From: an uncultured Planctomycetaceae bacterium
GTDB taxonomy: Bacteria > Planctomycetota > Planctomycetia > Planctomycetales > Planctomycetaceae
Length of the DNA stretch: 31,512 nt
Assembly: GCA_963976765.1 (NCBI GenBank)
Contig: CAXBME010000032.1
Coordinates: 62,001-93,512, forward strand
Reading direction: 5' to 3'
Shown here one piece after another: positions 27,746 through 31,512 of the stretch. The notes below the pieces were generated by a model. It did not search any database. It was not told the origin of the DNA and worked only from the letters and a program-made list of their open reading frames with translations. The position numbers and the translations under genes are program-made. The number at the start of each line of letters is the position of its first letter. The stretch's first letter is position 1.

Positions 27746-28087
27746 AGCAGCACCCTTCACGCCGACATTCCCCAAATATATCTCGGCGATGATATCCAGG
27801 AACTGTCGACAAATCCCCTCTGATCAGCACCGATCCGACAAATTCGAACGACAATTCAGCCGGGGCAGATGAATTCAGCCGAGTCCGAAATTGACTTGGT
27901 TGTGTCGACCATCGCAGCGCTCAGTCTGAATTCATGATGCCTGCTGATCGGAAGAGAACAGCAGTTAGCGTGACTCAATCACGATCAGTATCGTGTCTCC
28001 GGACTGTGACGGGCCAACAGTCCGTCGCCGTTTTCGTTTCAGAAGAATTTTGACCGCTGTTGTGTAAGTCACTTCTAAAACGATTGG

Positions 28088-29665
28088 CTATGGTGCCGAG
28101 AAAACTGTTGCTGGCAGGCCGTCTTTGTTGAAGAGGTTGGCCCAGCGGCGGTTGGCGGCGTAGGCGTAGCGGATTCGGGTTGGGGCGGGGACCTTGTCGG
28201 ACCAGGCGATGACATTGTGTCCGTCAATCTTTGCGTTGGCCCAGTGCCAGACGCCATCTTTTCCGGCGATGGCGAAACCCTGGAGTGTGTCGCTGTGGGC
28301 GGTGGTCAGACCTTTGCCGATCTGGTCGTAGCTGACAATGACTTTGCCGCCTTCGATTTTGTGGGAGCGGTACATGGGGCCGTAAGCCTGTAATCCGGTT
28401 TTGTAGACTTCGCTGAGTGCGACTTCGGCGGATCGGTTTCCGTAGCCCCATTTGTTGGTTGGATGAATGCTGGCTCCCAGGTCAGAGGCGGGCACCATGA
28501 ACGCATTCGGGGTGTCACGCATCAGCCGGACGTAAAGAAAGCGTTGCTCGCCGGACATCGTGTCGAGGTTCGCCGCTTGTGGAAGCAGACTGAAAGGTTC
28601 GCCGTTCCGTGTGATGGGGGCGTCGTTTGAAAACGCGTTGCCTCCGCCGCTGGGTTTCTGCACGAAGAGGAACGGGAAATCGCCCTGACCCCATAGTTCA
28701 CGCCAGCCACGAATCAGTTCGCTCATCATGACGTACTGATCAACTCCCTGGACGCCGGAGCGAGCTTCGCCCTGATCCCAGAGAACTCCTTTGATTCGGT
28801 ATCCAGCTGCCGAGCGGATGTAGCGATCAAAAAGTCCGCCAATCTGGCCGCCTCGTAACGAACCACCGGGGCCAACCGGCGGAGCGGGCTTGCGACCCCG
28901 CGGTTTTCCGCCTTCCGCTTTGGCTTTCTCAACCGCCTTTTCCCAGGCGGCGAGTTGAGCCTGGTACTGTTTCTGATTCTTTTCGGCATCGAAGGTTTTG
29001 CTGAACTCAGCGATCGAAGCTTTGCACTTTTCGCTGGATGCGAAAGTTTCGGACGGAATCCAGTAGCCCGATGGCGTGCCGCCAACGGCTCCCAGAATCA
29101 GTCCAATCGGTACGTCGAGTTCTCGTTGCAGCCGTTCGCCGAATGGAAAGAGCAGGGCGGAAGCTCGTGGTATCGTTTTGCTGGTCGTTTCCAGCCATGT
29201 CGGCTTCGGGCCGCCGTCCATCAGGCGAATTGTCGGAAACGATCCCTGCTTGACCAGTGCGGCGAGTGTTTCGTCGTTCTTCGCGTACGAAGCCGCTCGC
29301 CCCGCCATGTTGGACTGGCCGGAACCGATCCAGACGTCGCCGACGAGAACGTTTCTGATTGAGACGCTTTGATCATTACTCGAAATCGTCATCACGCCTG
29401 GAGTGGCGGATGCTTTGAGCGGCTGAAGCGAAACCTTCCAGGTTCCGTCATTGTTTGCCTGGACGCTGACTTCCTGCCCGGCGAAAGCAATCGAAACTTC
29501 GCTTCCGGCATCAGCTGTTCCCCAGACGGACACTTCGGCGTCTCGCTGAAGAACCATATGATCACTGAAGAGCGACGCGGGCTGTGGTGGAGCGGCAATG
29601 CCGGACACAGCCAGGATGTTGGCGAGGACAAGCGACGATGCGAGTATTCGGGTGGCGCAAATCAT
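28088..29665 (-). CDS. Sialate O-acetylesterase-like SGNH hydrolase (SASA domain), exported
   Basis: LFSDHMVLQR, GDVWIGSGQSNM, AVGGT, VLWDQGE, IHPTNK, RYAY and NLFNKDGLPA. Confidence 0.92.
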   Translation of the reverse strand: MICATRILASSLVLANILAVSGIAAPPQPASLFSDHMVLQRDAEVSVWGTADAGSEVSIAFAGQEVSVQANNDGTWKVSLQPLKASATPGVMTISSNDQSVSIRNVLVGDVWIGSGQSNMAGRAASYAKNDETLAALVKQGSFPTIRLMDGGPKPTWLETTSKTIPRASALLFPFGERLQRELDVPIGLILGAVGGTPSGYWIPSETFASSEKCKASIAEFSKTFDAEKNQKQYQAQLAAWEKAVEKAKAEGGKPRGRKPAPPVGPGGSLRGGQIGGLFDRYIRSAAGYRIKGVLWDQGEARSGVQGVDQYVMMSELIRGWRELWGQGDFPFLFVQKPSGGGNAFSNDAPITRNGEPFSLLPQAANLDTMSGEQRFLYVRLMRDTPNAFMVPASDLGASIHPTNKWGYGNRSAEVALSEVYKTGLQAYGPMYRSHKIEGGKVIVSYDQIGKGLTTAHSDTLQGFAIAGKDGVWHWANAKIDGHNVIAWSDKVPAPTRIRYAYAANRRWANLFNKDGLPATVFSAP

Positions 29666-29721
29666 GGTGATGTCTATTCCTTGCGGTCGTTAGTGGAGAA
29701 ATGATGGAATGCTGCGAGACG

Positions 29722-30999
29722 CTACCGAGCGCGAATGTCGAGACAGACGATTTCGGAACCGTCTCGCAGGAACAGGTGCCCGTTGGCCAGCGACGGGGCC
29801 TGGCGTGTCGTGCCGATAACTTCGCTGCGGCCGATTTCTTTGTAGCCGTCCGGAGTCGCGCGGATAACAATCAGCTCCCCCTTCATTGTCGTCGCGAAAA
29901 GCTTTCCGTCGGCAGCGATCATGTTGCCTTTGCCGAAGCGAGTTTTGCTCCAGATTTGTTTGCCGGTCTCCGCTTCAATGCAGACCAGATGTGTGACCGG
30001 TCCGGCGCTGCCGACATTGTCGAAAGCGTAGAGGTAGTCTCCAAGATGAATCGCGGTTTGCCATTCGTTTCGCATGACGCTGCCGCCGCCGATTGACGCC
30101 CAGACTTTGTCGACTTTGAAGTTGTCGCCCTTCGAGCCGACCTTCAGCATGGTGCTGCCGTGGTTTTCGCCAGCTGAGATCAGAACGTTTCCGTCGACCA
30201 GAATCGGCGATGCGGTGTTGCAGTCGTAGTCTGTTTTGTAGGGGTATCGCCAGAGTTCGTCGCCAGACTTCAGGTCGATGCCAGAAACGGACGCCCCCTT
30301 GAAAGCGACGATCTGCGACCAGCCGCTGACGGTGAAAATCGCAGGCGAGGAGTAACCGGCAGCTTCGCCTCGCCCCGATGTCCAGCGAGGTTCTCCCGTT
30401 TTGATGTCGCACGCGACTACGGTACCAGCCGTTGCTCCGGCCTGAACAACAACCAGATCGCTGATGGCGAGCGGCGAGCATGCCATTCCGTAGTCAGCGG
30501 GTCGTCCACCATGTCGCTTCAGAACGTTGTGTGACCATTCAACCGTGCCGTCCGAAAGTTTGAGCCGCGCGAGTGTTCCGTCGCCCGTGAAGACAAAGGC
30601 TGATCCGCCGACAATCGTCGGTGTACCTCGCGGCCCGTCGCCCTGTCCGTTTTCATAGGCGGACGCAACGGGAGTGGTCCATTTCGTCGCTCCCGTTCTG
30701 GCGTCCAGAGCGAGCACTCGCTGCTGACCGTCAGTCTGGATCACTGTGCAGGCGGTGCCACCCTTCACCGAAACTCCGGTCATGCCGACTCCGCCCTTCA
30801 CTCGCCAGACTTCGCGCGGTCCACCTTCTGGCCAGGAGTCGATCAATCCTGTTTCTGTCGAGATGCCATTTCGATCCGGCCCCAGAAATTGCGGCCAGTC
30901 GGCGGCATTTGCGTTGCTGATTGCGTCGGTCGGCGACGTAACGGTCAGAAGAAGGAGTGCGAACCCTGCTGCTGAGAATTGTCGAGTAAATTGTGTCAT
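29722..30999 (-). CDS. PQQ-binding-like beta-propeller repeat protein, exported
   Basis: Signal peptide followed by DWPQFLGPDRNG, GPRGTP, YSSP and repeated TG...W motifs; RBS GGAG upstream of ATG 30999. Confidence 0.9.
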   Translation of the reverse strand: MTQFTRQFSAAGFALLLLTVTSPTDAISNANAADWPQFLGPDRNGISTETGLIDSWPEGGPREVWRVKGGVGMTGVSVKGGTACTVIQTDGQQRVLALDARTGATKWTTPVASAYENGQGDGPRGTPTIVGGSAFVFTGDGTLARLKLSDGTVEWSHNVLKRHGGRPADYGMACSPLAISDLVVVQAGATAGTVVACDIKTGEPRWTSGRGEAAGYSSPAIFTVSGWSQIVAFKGASVSGIDLKSGDELWRYPYKTDYDCNTASPILVDGNVLISAGENHGSTMLKVGSKGDNFKVDKVWASIGGGSVMRNEWQTAIHLGDYLYAFDNVGSAGPVTHLVCIEAETGKQIWSKTRFGKGNMIAADGKLFATTMKGELIVIRATPDGYKEIGRSEVIGTTRQAPSLANGHLFLRDGSEIVCLDIRAR

Positions 31000-31233
31000 G
31001 GCCGTTTTCTCCACGCTGGATGCTCGATTGCGAACTCGGTTTTCGGAATCGTTGCAGGACGCCTGCCAGTGAGCAATGCCGCGAGGCGTTTGCACGATCA
31101 CTGGTCAGCATTGCTGGTCGTCTGACGTTTCAGGTCGTCTCGCTACGAATGGATCGTTCGCTAAACTTCCGCTGCGCTGTTTGATGGCGGGCAGGGCGAA
31201 TGATCCATGCACAATGACAGAGAGCGGAAGTTT

Positions 31234-31485
31234 ATGAATCAGGAAATGTCTTCGACGGTTGCTTCCGATAGTTTGCCGCCAGTTGCGGATCCGCAGAACG
31301 ACCCTCGTCCGGCTGGGCGGAAGATGGTGCTTCGTCTGGCGGCCCTGATTGCGGCGAGCCTTGCGCTGTTGATCATCGGCCTGCCGACGATCGTTGCGAC
31401 GACCGGCCTGTACAATGCAATTCTTGAACGTGCTGCGGAAGGGCGGGAGCTTTCTGTGGAGCTATTGTCAAATGTCGTGGCCTGA
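31234..31485 (+). CDS. Short membrane-anchored hypothetical protein, possibly a truncated N-terminal fragment of a longer (AsmA-like) gene
   Basis: Low-complexity N-terminus, a basic patch, one TM helix (LAALIAASLALLIIGLPTIVA), then an abrupt stop about 27 codons later. Start is 31207 or 31234. Confidence 0.5.
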   Translation: MNQEMSSTVASDSLPPVADPQNDPRPAGRKMVLRLAALIAASLALLIIGLPTIVATTGLYNAILERAAEGRELSVELLSNVVA

Positions 31486-31512
31486 GACTGAATCAGGCGG
31501 CGTATTCCTGGA

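Noticed and set aside
27853..27881. Direct repeat AATTCAGCCG (two copies) upstream of the MarR gene
   Set aside because: Only 10 bp and two copies, with no match to the candidate ectA operator; insufficient support.

Overview
A gene-dense bacterial window, most likely from a planctomycete. The basis is a DUF1559 prepilin-like protein, a DUF1549/DUF1553 + DUF1501 pair, a PVC-type heme-binding protein, sulfatases and PQQ-like propellers. In order, it holds: (1) the 3' part of a metal ABC permease fused to a DtxR/MntR-type domain; (2) two small conserved hypotheticals; (3) a MoxR-type AAA+ ATPase followed by an unusual ~630-aa partner that resembles a degenerate YehM/TraB-like domain joined to a VWA-like domain lacking a MIDAS; (4) a divergent stand-alone prepilin gene with a candidate sigma-54 promoter and tandem palindromes; (5) a + strand run of exported catabolic genes (two sulfatases, beta-propeller, GDPD, DUF1553/DUF1501, dehydrogenase-cytochrome c-DUF1080 fusion) containing an inverted REP-like doublet; (6) a complete ectoine/hydroxyectoine module ectABCD, flanked by a divergent Na+/solute symporter and a convergent EctR/CosR-like MarR regulator; (7) a sialate O-acetylesterase-like protein and a second beta-propeller; (8) a short, possibly interrupted membrane-protein gene at the right edge. 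I saw no rRNA, tRNA, CRISPR array or complete transposase. All family calls come from recognising motifs by eye; no database searches were run.
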